Shown piece by piece: positions 1-9,388 of a stretch of DNA of 63,962 nucleotides. Both the position numbers and the translations under genes were made by a program. The notes under the pieces were generated by a model, which did no database searches, had not been told where the DNA came from, and was given only the letters and a program-made list of their open reading frames with translations. The DNA is from Candidatus Omnitrophota bacterium (GTDB lineage Bacteria > Omnitrophota > Omnitrophia > Omnitrophales > Aquincolibacteriaceae): NCBI GenBank assembly GCA_903884815.1, contig CAISGE010000065.1, forward strand, positions 1 to 63,962. The letters are read 5' to 3'. Position 1 is the first letter of the stretch, and each line of letters opens with the position of its first letter.

Positions 1-133
1 GGGCCTTGGTGCGAGAAAACAATAGTTTGGAGTCGTTTTTCGAGGTTTTAAGCGCTCGTTTTTAAAACGACTTAACGCAACGATTCAAAATCAGGACCGT
101 TCTCGTGAAAATAAACCGTTTTTCAGCAGCCTG

Positions 134-499
134 CTAGACAAAGGCTCCGGACGCAGATGTATAAGTATAGGTCGTGCCATTAGGCCCCGTGTAAGTCGTG
201 GCAGAAGCCTTCGTCCAATCCTGGCGAACCCCTCCCTGATCTACCACGGTCGTGAAACAAGCGTTGGCAGCACTGCAGGCGGCTACGCTTGCGGGGTCAA
301 GGGCAGCGGGATACGCTTTGTTCTTGGCGAAATAGGTATAAATCCCACTCCGAACCCCACCCACAACGCCCTTTTCAGCCGCCGCTTTCGCGTCCGACTG
401 CAGATCGTAATATTTAGGGATGGCCACGACCGCTAAAAGTCCCAAAAGCACGATTACCATGATCAGCTCGATAAGCGTAAAACCCGAATGTTTCTTCAT
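134..499 (-). CDS. Type IV pilin / T2SS pseudopilin-like protein (prepilin N-terminal cleavage/methylation domain)
   Basis: 121 aa. Short basic leader MKKHS, then G|FTLIELIMVIVLLGLLAVVAIPKY, a class III signal peptide with hydrophobic alpha1-N helix. ATG at 497-499. Confidence 0.9.
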   Translation of the reverse strand: MKKHSGFTLIELIMVIVLLGLLAVVAIPKYYDLQSDAKAAAEKGVVGGVRSGIYTYFAKNKAYPAALDPASVAACSAANACFTTVVDQGGVRQDWTKASATTYTGPNGTTYTYTSASGAFV

Positions 500-562
500 A
501 CGAACTTTTCCCTATTCTGCTCGGTTGAGTATTAAATGTCCCGAAAGAAAAAACTCAACTTC

Positions 563-931
563 CTAAACAAATGCCCCCGTCGCGGCCGTGTACGTATAAG
601 AAGTCCCGGCAGGCCCCGTATAGACTGATCCCGCAGTTGTGCAGGACCAATCCTGCTGGATGCCGCCCTGATCGATCACCGTTCCAAAACACGGGTTGGC
701 AGCGGAACACGCGCCGACAGCCCCACCCAAACTTGCGGGATAAGCCTTGTTCTTTGCGAAATAAGTGTATATCCCAGAGCGGACTCCGCCCACCACGCCT
801 TTTTCGGCAGCGGTCTTCGCATCGGTCTGGAGATCGTAATACTTCGGAATAGCGACGATCGCCAGAAGGCCCAACAGCACGATTACCATGATCAATTCAA
901 TAAGAGTAAAACCTTTTCGATTCATGAACAT
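563..931 (-). CDS. Type IV pilin / pseudopilin-like protein, tandem paralogue of 134..499
   Basis: 122 aa. MFMNRK-G|FTLIELIMVIVLLGLLAIVAIPKY. About three quarters identical to the neighbouring pilin by eye. AAGGAGA Shine-Dalgarno lies 6 nt upstream of the ATG at 929-931. Confidence 0.9.
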   Translation of the reverse strand: MFMNRKGFTLIELIMVIVLLGLLAIVAIPKYYDLQTDAKTAAEKGVVGGVRSGIYTYFAKNKAYPASLGGAVGACSAANPCFGTVIDQGGIQQDWSCTTAGSVYTGPAGTSYTYTAATGAFV

Positions 932-963
932 TGAGATTCTCCTTTGTTCTTGTTGTAATAAAA

Positions 964-2178
964 TTAATGCCTAAAAAGACTGATCATATTCCACATCGGG
1001 AGGAACATCCCGAGAGCCATCAAAAAAACCATTCCGCCCAGCACCACGATAAGCATCGGCTCGATCAGAACCATGAGATTACTGACCGTGTATTCCACCT
1101 GCATATCATAATAGTCCGAAACCCGTAAAAGCAACTCATCAATTTTCCCGGTTTCTTCCCCGACCCTGACCATCCGGACGACCGATGGCGGAAAAACACC
1201 GCTTTCTTTCATGGGCTGCGTCATACTGGTGCCTTCGGTGACGCTGACGCGGATCTTGTTGATCGCTTGCGCCACCACAACATTATCGGCACTACCCTCC
1301 GCAATCTCAAGTGCTCTTAGCGCCGGAATTCCGCTTTGTATCAAAAGGGCCATAATTCTCGCGAATCGGGACATGTCCGCCTTGAGAACGAGGCCTCCAA
1401 AGACCGGGAGCTTCAGCATGATCTGATCACGCAGGAGTTTCCCCGTCGGCGTCTTCAGAAAACGAACGAAAAAGATAATTCCGGAAACCAACAGGATAGC
1501 CATAAGCCACCAGTAGTGGGTGAAGGCATCATGGATTCCCAAGAGGATCCGGGTTGGAAGAGGCAGCGCGACGCCGCTTTTGGCAAAGAGAGCCGCGAAC
1601 TTCGGGATAATAAAATTCGTGATCACAAGAAACGCAATCGCGATGGCGCTCAGGACGAGCGCGGGATACCGGAGGGCCGATTTAACGCGCATCCTGAGTT
1701 TTTCCTCGGACTCCCCTAAAAAAATAAGACGTTCCAGAATCTGCTCCAGGCGGCCGGAAGCTTCCCCGGCCCGGATCATATTGATGTAGAGCTCGCTGAA
1801 GATCGAAGGGTAACGGGCGAGGCTGTCCGCCACGCTCGCGCCGCCACGAATGTTCTGGATCAGGCCGGCCACAATCTTCTTTAATATCGGGTTGCGGTCC
1901 TGCTCGTCGATGACCTCAAGCGATGCCAAGATCGTCAGTCCTGCCCGGGTCAGCGTATAGAACTCGCGGGTGAAGGCGTTGACGTCGCTCAGCTTAAAGC
2001 GGCGAAAGCGTTCAAATAAATGCATGTCGAGAGACTCTTCGACCGGCTCGATCAGAAAGGGGGTGAGGTCTTTTTCTTTGAGTTTGGCAGCAACTTCCGC
2101 GTCAGAACCGGCGGCCATCTGTCCGTTCACAGGCTTGCCAAATTTGTCACGGGCTTTGTAACGGTAGGTAACTTCCAT
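964..2178 (-). CDS. Type II secretion / type IV pilus platform protein (GspF/PilC family)
   Basis: 404 aa. Two-lobed GspF-like architecture with hydrophobic segments (ALVLSAIAIAFLVITNFIIP, WWLMAILLVSGIIFF, LIEPMLIVVLGGMVFLMALGMFLP). Start overlaps the upstream ATPase stop (TAATG). Confidence 0.9.
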   Translation of the reverse strand: MEVTYRYKARDKFGKPVNGQMAAGSDAEVAAKLKEKDLTPFLIEPVEESLDMHLFERFRRFKLSDVNAFTREFYTLTRAGLTILASLEVIDEQDRNPILKKIVAGLIQNIRGGASVADSLARYPSIFSELYINMIRAGEASGRLEQILERLIFLGESEEKLRMRVKSALRYPALVLSAIAIAFLVITNFIIPKFAALFAKSGVALPLPTRILLGIHDAFTHYWWLMAILLVSGIIFFVRFLKTPTGKLLRDQIMLKLPVFGGLVLKADMSRFARIMALLIQSGIPALRALEIAEGSADNVVVAQAINKIRVSVTEGTSMTQPMKESGVFPPSVVRMVRVGEETGKIDELLLRVSDYYDMQVEYTVSNLMVLIEPMLIVVLGGMVFLMALGMFLPMWNMISLFRH

Positions 2179-3848
2179 TATTCGATCTCGGTAACCCGAA
2201 GCACTTCCTCAAGGGTGGTGACGCCGTGCCGGACCTTTTCAAGTCCGTCTTCGCGGAGGGTTTTCATCCCCTGCTCGATCGCCACCTTACGGATCTCCGC
2301 GGCGGAATGTCGTCCGTCGACCAAAGTCTTAATTTCATCGGAGATGAACATCAGTTCAAAGATCCCGATGCGCCCCATAAAACCGGTTTGATTGCACTTC
2401 GGGCAGCCTTTGCCGCGCATGACCTTGGTGCCTTCCGGAAGACCAAGGGTCTGCATCACCGCGGACGATGGCGCATAAGGCTCACGACACTTGATACAAT
2501 TCATACGGACAAGACGTTGCGCGAGAATGCCGATCACAGAACTCGAGATCAGGAAAGGTTCAGCCCCCATATCGGTCAGGCGGGCCAGGGCGGACGGAGC
2601 GTCATTGGTATGGAGCGTGGAAAACATTAGATGTCCGGTAAGCGCGGACTGGATGGCCATTTCCACGGTCTCCTTGTCGCGGATCTCACCGACCATCATG
2701 ATGTCGGGGTCCTGACGAAGAAAACCACGCAATCCGTTGGCGAACGTAATGCCGGCCCGGGCATTGACCTGGGTCTGGCGCACCCGTGGCAACACATATT
2801 CCACGGGGTCTTCGATGGTCACAATATTCTTTTCCTCGCTGTTGATCTTGGAAAGAGCCGCGTAAAGTGTGGTTGATTTGCCGCTCCCTGTGGGACCGGT
2901 CACAAGGATGATGCCGTGAGACCGCGTGATAAGTTTTGAAAACTGCTCCAGCGTTTCCTTGTTAAATCCAAGGTCGGTCAGATTGGGAAGCATGGCGCGC
3001 TTATCCAGAAGGCGCAGCACGACATTTTCGCCGAAAAGCGTCGGGAAAGTCGAGACGCGGATATCTAAGTCCTTCCCTTCCAACTCAGTGCGGATTTTGC
3101 CATCCTGAGGCTTCCGGTTTTCGGTGATGTCCATCCCGCCCAGGATCTTCACGCGTGAGACGACAGAGCTCAGAATGGTGAGCGGGAAGGTCGTGATGTA
3201 ATGCAAAAGCCCATCGACGCGGAGGCGTACCGAGACGATCGATTCTTCAGGTTCAATGTGGATATCTGAGGCCCTTTGCTGAACCGCCTGAAGGAGAAGG
3301 CTTTCGACCAATTTACTTACGGGAGTCTGTTCGTTGATCTCTCCCAGAAGCGCGTCCTGCATACTCGGCGCTTTTTCCCGCTCAATGGTCTTGACGATAT
3401 CCGACATGGAGCCATAGGAATGATAGTAGGTGTTGAGGGCCGCCTGGAATCCTCCCGGCGAGATCAGGATCGTGTCGACCGTATCAAAATTGGTGAGCTT
3501 TCGAATCTGGTCGATCGCCACAATGTTCTGGGGGTCGACCATCCCCAAGGAAAGCGCATTCCCGGTAGTAAAAAGAGGCATGACGCTGTACTTCTTGGCG
3601 ATCTTTTCAGGAACGAGTTTGATCAGCTCTCGGTCGAGGCGGTAATTATTGAGATCGAGATACGGAATGCCGTAGATCGAGGCTTTGACATTGGTCAGTT
3701 CCTCGTCAGCAATGATGCCGCTCTTGACGAGAACGGTTTCAAGCGGCTGGCCGACACGCGCGGATTCTTTTTGAGCTTGTTCGGCCTGGTCTTTCTGGAT
3801 CAAGCCCTGCTTCAGCAACAATTCAAGTAATTTAGCGCCTGCGATCAT
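2178..3848 (-). CDS. GspE/PilB-family secretion/pilus assembly ATPase
   Basis: 556 aa. N-terminal MshEN/T2SSE_N-like region (LLELLLKQGLIQKDQAEQA...YGIPYLDL). Walker A VTGPTGSGKSTT, Walker B-like DIMMVGEIRD, tetracysteine CIKC...CPKC motif typical of GspE/PilB. Confidence 0.95.
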   Translation of the reverse strand: MIAGAKLLELLLKQGLIQKDQAEQAQKESARVGQPLETVLVKSGIIADEELTNVKASIYGIPYLDLNNYRLDRELIKLVPEKIAKKYSVMPLFTTGNALSLGMVDPQNIVAIDQIRKLTNFDTVDTILISPGGFQAALNTYYHSYGSMSDIVKTIEREKAPSMQDALLGEINEQTPVSKLVESLLLQAVQQRASDIHIEPEESIVSVRLRVDGLLHYITTFPLTILSSVVSRVKILGGMDITENRKPQDGKIRTELEGKDLDIRVSTFPTLFGENVVLRLLDKRAMLPNLTDLGFNKETLEQFSKLITRSHGIILVTGPTGSGKSTTLYAALSKINSEEKNIVTIEDPVEYVLPRVRQTQVNARAGITFANGLRGFLRQDPDIMMVGEIRDKETVEMAIQSALTGHLMFSTLHTNDAPSALARLTDMGAEPFLISSSVIGILAQRLVRMNCIKCREPYAPSSAVMQTLGLPEGTKVMRGKGCPKCNQTGFMGRIGIFELMFISDEIKTLVDGRHSAAEIRKVAIEQGMKTLREDGLEKVRHGVTTLEEVLRVTEIE

Positions 3849-3872
3849 CGCTTCCCCCGAGGGATAATTATA

Positions 3873-4253
3873 TTACGATACCTGAGGCCCGAGCAGTCTC
3901 TGTATCGTTTGAGTGAAGAGATCAAGATTGAAGGGTTTGACGATGTAGGCGCTGGCGCCGACCTGCTCCGCGAGCTTTTTATCGGCATCACTTCCACGCG
4001 CTGAGAAAATGATCACGGGAATATTTTCGAAGGCCTTGTCGAATTTCAGCATGCGGCAGACCTTGAAGCCGTCAATTTTGGGGATCATGAGATCCAACAA
4101 GATCGCATCCGGTGATTCCGAGCGGGCCATATTGAGACCTTCCTGACCGTCCTTGGCGATAATCACCTCAAAACCCGCGGCCGAAAGCCTCGAGCTGATG
4201 ATCAATTGAATCTCCGGCTCATCGTCCACTAAAAGAATTTTTTTCTTCACCAT
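3873..4253 (-). CDS. Single-domain response regulator (CheY-like receiver)
   Basis: 126 aa. KILLVDDEPE acidic pocket, phospho-acceptor context ILLDLMIP, conserved VKPF lysine. GAGGTGA RBS immediately upstream. Confidence 0.9.
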   Translation of the reverse strand: MVKKKILLVDDEPEIQLIISSRLSAAGFEVIIAKDGQEGLNMARSESPDAILLDLMIPKIDGFKVCRMLKFDKAFENIPVIIFSARGSDADKKLAEQVGASAYIVKPFNLDLFTQTIQRLLGPQVS

Positions 4254-4298
4254 TCACCTCAAGCAAGAATTAAATTGTCAGGGCCTGCGACAGGATTC

Positions 4299-4327
4299 AT
4301 TGTATTGATAATATTGTATCGACACAA
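4299..4327 (-). promoter_or_regulatory. Candidate sigma70-type promoter for the receiver-pilB-pilC-pilin operon
   Basis: On the minus strand: TTGTGT (4322-4327), 17-nt spacer, TACAAT (4299-4304). A second TACAAT copy lies at 4313-4318, giving the direct repeat ATACAAT-N7-ATACAAT. Motif match only. Confidence 0.25.
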
Positions 4328-4337
4328 GGCACGAGGA

Positions 4338-4970
4338 CTAAACCGCTAATCCGCTTTTCCCAAGAAGATAGGCGTTTAAAAGTTTGCGCATTTTAAGGAG
4401 GGCTTGGCCGCGATGCGAGACCCGGTGCTTCAGCGCTGCCGGAATCTCTCCAAACGTCTTACCGTAAGGTGGGTAGAAAAAAATGGGATCATACCCGAAG
4501 CCTTCGCACCCCTGAGGGTCCGTGATGATCATTCCGTGAACTTGGCCCTTCTCAACCCCGATCAGTTTTCCGGGCACCGCAAGCGCGATCGAGGATTCAT
4601 AATAGGCGGTTCGCTTTTCAGCCGGGACATTGGACATCAATTCCATAAGCTTCCGGTTATTCGCGTCATCACTGTGGAACTCTCCGCAGAAACGCGCGGA
4701 ATGGACCCCGGGAGCTCCGTCCAGGGCATCACAGCAGATCCCGGAATCTTCCCCGATCGTGAGTTCCCCGGTTTGTCCGGCATAACTCAGCGCCTTGAGT
4801 TTGGCATTCTCTTCAAAAGTGCTTCCGGTCTCCTCGACCGTCGGCACCGAGGGAAAATCGCGCAGACTCAGACACTGTATCGGAAGCTCCGCGAGAAGCT
4901 CTTTTAATTCCCGGAGTTTGCCGAAGTTGGTCGTCGCAAGCAGGAGCCGTATCTTAGGCTTGTTTGGCAT
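4338..4970 (-). CDS. rdgB: RdgB/HAM1-family non-canonical purine NTP pyrophosphatase (dITP/XTP pyrophosphatase)
   Basis: [21 protein letters not shown]-terminus and ...GFGYDPIF...RGQA motifs. I prefer the ATG at 4968-4970 over the GTG at 4995-4997 used by the ORF track. Overlaps the rph 3' end by 17 nt. Confidence 0.85.
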   Translation of the reverse strand: MPNKPKIRLLLATTNFGKLRELKELLAELPIQCLSLRDFPSVPTVEETGSTFEENAKLKALSYAGQTGELTIGEDSGICCDALDGAPGVHSARFCGEFHSDDANNRKLMELMSNVPAEKRTAYYESSIALAVPGKLIGVEKGQVHGMIITDPQGCEGFGYDPIFFYPPYGKTFGEIPAALKHRVSHRGQALLKMRKLLNAYLLGKSGLAV

Positions 4971-5676
4971 ATTTCTTCTGGATCTCCGCGAGTTCACGAA
5001 TTCCTTTTTTCGCGAGCTTGAGCATTTGGATCAGCGTCGCTTCCGAAAAGGGCTCGCCTTCGGCCGTTCCCTGAACTTCCACCAATTTGCCGGAGCCGGT
5101 CATCACCACGTTCATGTCCACTTCCGCCTTGGAGTCTTCGAGATAGCAAAGATCGAGCGCGGGCTTCCCATTGACGACCCCGACACTGATCGCGGCCACA
5201 GAATCCCGAATCGGGCTTTCCTTGATTTTCCCGCTATCGAGAAGCTTGCGAATCGCATGTTCAAGTGCGATATAGCAGCCCGTGATCGAGGCCGTGCGGG
5301 TACCGCCATCGCCCTGGATCACATCCGCGTCGAGCCAAATGGTCCGTTCGGGAAGTTTTTTGAGGTCAACGATCGATCGAATACTGCGGCCGATCAGACG
5401 CTGGATCTCCTGCGTGCGTCCCGAAAGCTTTCCTTTGGCGGCTTCTCGCGCGATGCGCTCATTGCAGGAGGCCGGCAGCATGCCGTACTCGGCCGTGATC
5501 CAACCCTTGCCTTCTGCCTTGCAGAAAAACGGGACTTTCTCCTCGATCGTCGCGGAACACACCACCTTAGTGTCCCCCATTTCGATCAGGCAGGAGCCAT
5601 GGGCGTTCTTCAGATAATTCGTCTGAACGCGAACTTTGCGGAGCTCATCACTTTTTCTTTTATCGATCCTCGACAT
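4954..5676 (-). CDS. rph: Ribonuclease PH
   Basis: [40 protein letters not shown]... is RNase PH-like over its full length. The ORF-track N-terminal extension to 5808 overlaps queE and is rejected. ATG verified at 5674-5676. Confidence 0.9.
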   Translation of the reverse strand: MSRIDKRKSDELRKVRVQTNYLKNAHGSCLIEMGDTKVVCSATIEEKVPFFCKAEGKGWITAEYGMLPASCNERIAREAAKGKLSGRTQEIQRLIGRSIRSIVDLKKLPERTIWLDADVIQGDGGTRTASITGCYIALEHAIRKLLDSGKIKESPIRDSVAAISVGVVNGKPALDLCYLEDSKAEVDMNVVMTGSGKLVEVQGTAEGEPFSEATLIQMLKLAKKGIRELAEIQKKYAKQA

Positions 5677-5689
5677 AGAAGCCTTTCGT

Positions 5690-6403
5690 TTAACGGACGT
5701 GAAGTATTTTATGGAGCTGGATCCCGACACGAATGTTCGGGGTCCATTTCGCTCCGGTTCGTTGTAATGTCCCGAGAAACCGCATGAGCGCGGGTCCCGG
5801 GATGCCATGCTTGCCGCGGCTCATCGGCTGTAAAAAAACAGGCGTTGCGGGGGCTACGGCCGCAACCATTCGCAAATGTTTTCCATACTCCGTGAGTTCG
5901 ATCCGTGGCGAGACCACGATCTTGATATAAGTTTCCCTACCTTTTGTGAGCCTGAGAAATCTCCGGTGCTCTTCCAGATAATCCGCCTGACGCGTAACGC
6001 TCGGCAACTTCAGATCCATGGCAATAATATCACAGTCCTTGAGAACCTTCGAGAAGCTCTTCCAGAGGATGCCGCTTGTTTCTAGGAGAATGCGATGGCG
6101 CATTTTCTTTAGCGCGGGACAAAGCAATTTCAGAAAATCAACGTGAAGAAGCGGTTCTCCTCCGGTGAGGCAAACACAGGCATGAGGACCGTGCGTCTTT
6201 TCAAGTTTTTCGAGCATCCGAAGAACATCGGGAAGCGACAGGGTCCGACCGATCTTACCCGCCTCGTCACAATAGTCGCATTTCATGTGGCAGGCTTCGA
6301 ATCGGATGAAGATATGGCGCTCGCCCATCCGCGGCCCCTCTCCCTGGATCGAGGAGAAAATTTCAGTGATGCGCGCGCTGACGGGCGCCTTCCGGAAGGT
6401 CAT
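5690..6403 (-). CDS. queE: 7-carboxy-7-deazaguanine synthase (radical SAM)
   Basis: [34 protein letters not shown] is the QueE-type CX14CX2C radical SAM cluster motif. ATGA overlap with queC. Confidence 0.88.
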   Translation of the reverse strand: MTFRKAPVSARITEIFSSIQGEGPRMGERHIFIRFEACHMKCDYCDEAGKIGRTLSLPDVLRMLEKLEKTHGPHACVCLTGGEPLLHVDFLKLLCPALKKMRHRILLETSGILWKSFSKVLKDCDIIAMDLKLPSVTRQADYLEEHRRFLRLTKGRETYIKIVVSPRIELTEYGKHLRMVAAVAPATPVFLQPMSRGKHGIPGPALMRFLGTLQRTGAKWTPNIRVGIQLHKILHVR

Positions 6404-7068
6404 GAAATGAGAGGGTCTGGGATCCCGGCTTCACGGAACCCCTTGGCCCGCAGGATACAGGAGTCACAAGTCCCGCACGGCGCGTCGTCTCCCGCATAAC
6501 AGGACCAGGTCGTTTCAAAAGGGACACCGAGCTTTTGCCCGAGAAGCACAATGTCTTTTTTCGTGAGCTGGATGAGCGGCGCCCGGATCTCGACCTTGCG
6601 CCCTTCGACGCCGGCCTTGGTGCCGCTCCACATGGCGTCGCCTACGGCCTTGAGATAATCTGGACGGCAATCCGGATAGCCGCTGTAATCCATGACATTC
6701 GCGCCGATGAAGATCGCCTCCGCGTTCGCCGTTTCAGCACAGGACATGGCCATGGCGAGAAAAACGCTGTTCCGTCCGGGGACGTAGGTCACAGGGATCT
6801 CCTTCGACATAGTTTCCTCTTCGCGATCTTTCGGAAGAAGGATCTTCGTATCCAACAAGGCGCTCCCCTTCCAAGGCATGCTAAGAGCCGCGAAATAATG
6901 AGGGATGATCAGGACTTTTGTGAGGGCTCGTGCTGCGGAGATCTCCCGGAAATGGCGTTGACCGTATTCGATGGATAAGGCGATAGCCTCATAACCTTCG
7001 GAGCGAGCCACATAAAGAGATACGGTAGAGTCGAGTCCCCCGGACAAAAGGCAAATGGCTTTTTTCAT
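6400..7068 (-). CDS. queC: 7-cyano-7-deazaguanine synthase
   Basis: KKAICLLSGGLDSTV PP-loop. C-terminal CGTCDSCILR zinc-binding cysteines. Confidence 0.92.
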   Translation of the reverse strand: MKKAICLLSGGLDSTVSLYVARSEGYEAIALSIEYGQRHFREISAARALTKVLIIPHYFAALSMPWKGSALLDTKILLPKDREEETMSKEIPVTYVPGRNSVFLAMAMSCAETANAEAIFIGANVMDYSGYPDCRPDYLKAVGDAMWSGTKAGVEGRKVEIRAPLIQLTKKDIVLLGQKLGVPFETTWSCYAGDDAPCGTCDSCILRAKGFREAGIPDPLIS

Positions 7069-7913
7069 GGGATGTGCACGCGCTGGACCGTTTTCAGTCT
7101 TTCCCCAAGAAAAGCTTCTCCGATGCGCTCAAAATTGCGCACACGATCGGTCACAAAGATCCGGAGCGGCGCACGGCGGGATCTCGGATGAAGAAGTTTT
7201 CTTTCTTTAAGCAGGGCTTTCAGCCGAAGCGCCGTAGGCAGCGCGGAGTCCACAAGCCTGACCTTCGGGCCCATGACTTTTCCGATCACTTTTTGAAGTA
7301 GAGGGTAATGCGTGCAACCAAGGATGAGTGTGTCGATATTCTTTTGCTTGATGGGCGTCAGATAGATCTTCGCGGCGCCAAGCGCCACAGGACCGTCCCA
7401 CCAGCCTTCTTCCGCCAATGAAACAAAAAGCGGGCACGGCCTGAGAAAATATTCAGCTTCCGACGATCGGGCGGTTAGACTTTTGCTGTAACTGCCGCTT
7501 TCGATCGTGGCATGCGTCGCGATCACGCCGATCCGGTGATGCCGCGTGACGCGCAAGGCTTCCTCAACGGCGGGCGTGATCACATCCAGAACAGGGATAG
7601 AAAGCGTTTCGGAAAGCAGTTTAAAAGCGACGCTTGAGGCGGAATTGCAGGCGATCACAAGTGCCTTGATCTTTTTCGTCAGCAGAAAATGCGCGCATTT
7701 GAGCGAACGACTGCGGATCTCATCCGTGGATTTAGTGCCATAAGGCAGATGGGCCAGATCCCCGAGGTAGAGGATCTCTTCGGAAGGAAGACGGCGACGG
7801 AGCTGCCGCACAACGGTAAGCCCCCCCAGCCCCGAATCAAAAACTCCGATGGGAGCGTTTGGCGACTGGCGGTGAACGATCGATTTTTTTAGAGAGCTGA
7901 TTTCCATATCCAA
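7065..7913 (-). CDS. murI: Glutamate racemase
   Basis: IGVFDSGLGGLTV...YLGDLAHLPYGTKS...VIACNSAS...LGCTHYPLL, with both catalytic Cys motifs present. Confidence 0.92.
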   Translation of the reverse strand: MDMEISSLKKSIVHRQSPNAPIGVFDSGLGGLTVVRQLRRRLPSEEILYLGDLAHLPYGTKSTDEIRSRSLKCAHFLLTKKIKALVIACNSASSVAFKLLSETLSIPVLDVITPAVEEALRVTRHHRIGVIATHATIESGSYSKSLTARSSEAEYFLRPCPLFVSLAEEGWWDGPVALGAAKIYLTPIKQKNIDTLILGCTHYPLLQKVIGKVMGPKVRLVDSALPTALRLKALLKERKLLHPRSRRAPLRIFVTDRVRNFERIGEAFLGERLKTVQRVHIP

Positions 7914-7973
7914 GGGTAGTCAGTAACGGTGAATGTCGAAGTAGAACTTATTATCCACGCGAGAGGGTCTTTT

Positions 7974-9041
7974 CTAGAGCACCGACACTTTTTGCATAGC
8001 TTGACGGATACGGCCAAGGCCTTCTTCTATCAGAGAGATGTCGAGGGCATAGCTGAGACGGATCCTGTCGGGAGCCCCGAACCATTCTCCGAGATAAGTG
8101 ATCACTTTAAAATCCGTATAAAGCACGGATAAAAACTCCCGCGCGTTCTTGCATTTAGGGAGAACATAGAATGCGCCCTCCGGTTTCCAAAGATCGAATC
8201 CGAGGTCCACCAGGCCTTTGTAGATATAATCGCGCCGCTGGCGCCATACTTGGAGTTGTTTCGCGGTATATTCTTTGGGAGCCTTCATCGCGGAAAGCGC
8301 CATATCCTGTCCCACCAGATTCGTGTTCATCGAAGTGTGCGTCTTCATCTCGCAGACATTCTCAACGATTTTCTTATCTGAACTCCAGAGATAGCCAACC
8401 CTGACGCCGCACATACAATAAGTCTTCGAGAAAGAATTCACCGTGATCACATGATCGCCGTTGATGTTGTAATTCTCGCGCTCATAAATGAGGTCCTTAT
8501 ACACCTCATCCGAGACAACATGCACACCGAGCTTTTGTGTGATCTTTTCGATCTCTTTGAGCGATTCGATAGCCTCGACCCTTCCGGTCGGATTGGAGGG
8601 AGAATTGATTAAAACAGCGCGGCAATCCTTGATTTTTCTCTTAAAATCGTCCATGTCGATCCGGCCATCGACCATGTCCGTAAAAACTGGAACCATACCC
8701 GCCATTTCGATGATCGGAAGATAGGAATAATAATACGGACGGGGAAGCAACACCTTTTCGCCTTTAGACCACCCTCGAAATATCAGGTCCAGCGCCTCAG
8801 AGGCACCGTTCGTGATGACGAAATTCTCCGCTGTGGAGCCGGGGTATTCGCGGGCCAAAGATTCACGCAGTTTCACCTCACCCTGAATGAGCCCGTAGCG
8901 CAGATCGCGGGTAAGATCAATGCCCTGGAAAGCTTCCGGCGGTGGCGGAAGATCGGGCTGTCCGGAACCAAAACTGATGACACCGTTGCCTTGTTTTCCT
9001 ATAAAGTCGGCGGGGCTTTTAAGTCTAAGTATTTCGGTCAT
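7974..9041 (-). CDS. PLP-dependent aminotransferase, class I/II
   Basis: 355 aa. NPTGR and the NSFSKTYCMCGVRVGY PLP-lysine motif. Substrate not inferable. Confidence 0.85.
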   Translation of the reverse strand: MTEILRLKSPADFIGKQGNGVISFGSGQPDLPPPPEAFQGIDLTRDLRYGLIQGEVKLRESLAREYPGSTAENFVITNGASEALDLIFRGWSKGEKVLLPRPYYYSYLPIIEMAGMVPVFTDMVDGRIDMDDFKRKIKDCRAVLINSPSNPTGRVEAIESLKEIEKITQKLGVHVVSDEVYKDLIYERENYNINGDHVITVNSFSKTYCMCGVRVGYLWSSDKKIVENVCEMKTHTSMNTNLVGQDMALSAMKAPKEYTAKQLQVWRQRRDYIYKGLVDLGFDLWKPEGAFYVLPKCKNAREFLSVLYTDFKVITYLGEWFGAPDRIRLSYALDISLIEEGLGRIRQAMQKVSVL

Positions 9042-9086
9042 TGTTGTCTAAATGATGAATTCATCCCTCTTGAATAAAAAGAATCT

Positions 9087-9371
9087 CTACGCGTCCTCAG
9101 AGGAATCTTCATCCGCATCGGCATTTTCATCTTCTTTGCCGTCGTCAATGATACAGAGGACCTCGTCGCGCTGGACCGTATCATCTTCCGCGATGCAAAC
9201 TTCGGCTAAAATTCCGGTCGCGGGCGCGGTAATCGTGACGACAGATTCCTCCGTCGCGAGTTCCACAAGGTCATCCCCCTGAGTCACTTGGTCGCCCTCT
9301 TCAAAAAACCAGGACTTGATGGTCGCCTCGTCCACATTCTTTCCCAATCCCTTCGCAAGGACTTCAAACAT
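9087..9371 (-). CDS. Lipoyl/biotinyl-attachment-domain-like protein lacking the modifiable lysine, with acidic C-terminal tail
   Basis: 94 aa. A gapless by-eye alignment to E2 lipoyl domains (GDxV...L..VE.DKA..E.PSP..GI) gives GDQVTQGDDLVELATEESVVTITAPATGIL, with Glu at the Lys position. Tail is DDGKEDENADADEDSSEDA. Confidence 0.7.
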   Translation of the reverse strand: MFEVLAKGLGKNVDEATIKSWFFEEGDQVTQGDDLVELATEESVVTITAPATGILAEVCIAEDDTVQRDEVLCIIDDGKEDENADADEDSSEDA

Positions 9372-9388
9372 CGCAAATCTCTCCTGTT

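Noticed and set aside
1-133. AT-rich palindromes (tcgtttt-t-aaaacga) downstream of the last pilin gene, considered as a terminator or small RNA.
   Set aside because: The loop is too small and the stem too weak for a confident intrinsic terminator. The region is cut by the window edge, so its context is unknown.
4795-5787. 330-aa plus-strand ORF, plus similar ones at 11777-12733, 15467-16063 and 16444-17094.
   Set aside because: They are antisense shadows of confidently identified minus-strand genes (rdgB/rph, the coiled-coil protein, the HAD hydrolase, orn) and have no family resemblance.
5677-5808. Longer N-terminal extensions offered by the ORF track: rph to 5808, mgtE to 15651, orn to 17079, rdgB to 4997, nnrE to 11195, dus from 13259, hypothetical to 17609.
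   Set aside because: For rdgB, nnrE, dus, orn and the hypothetical I checked that the extension starts at a GTG or TTG and that an internal ATG sits at the point where family similarity begins; for orn this ATG makes an ATGA overlap with the upstream stop. The rph and mgtE extensions were rejected because they overlap the upstream gene (queE, HAD hydrolase); their extended start codons were not checked, but the internal ATGs at 5674-5676 and 15544-15546 were.
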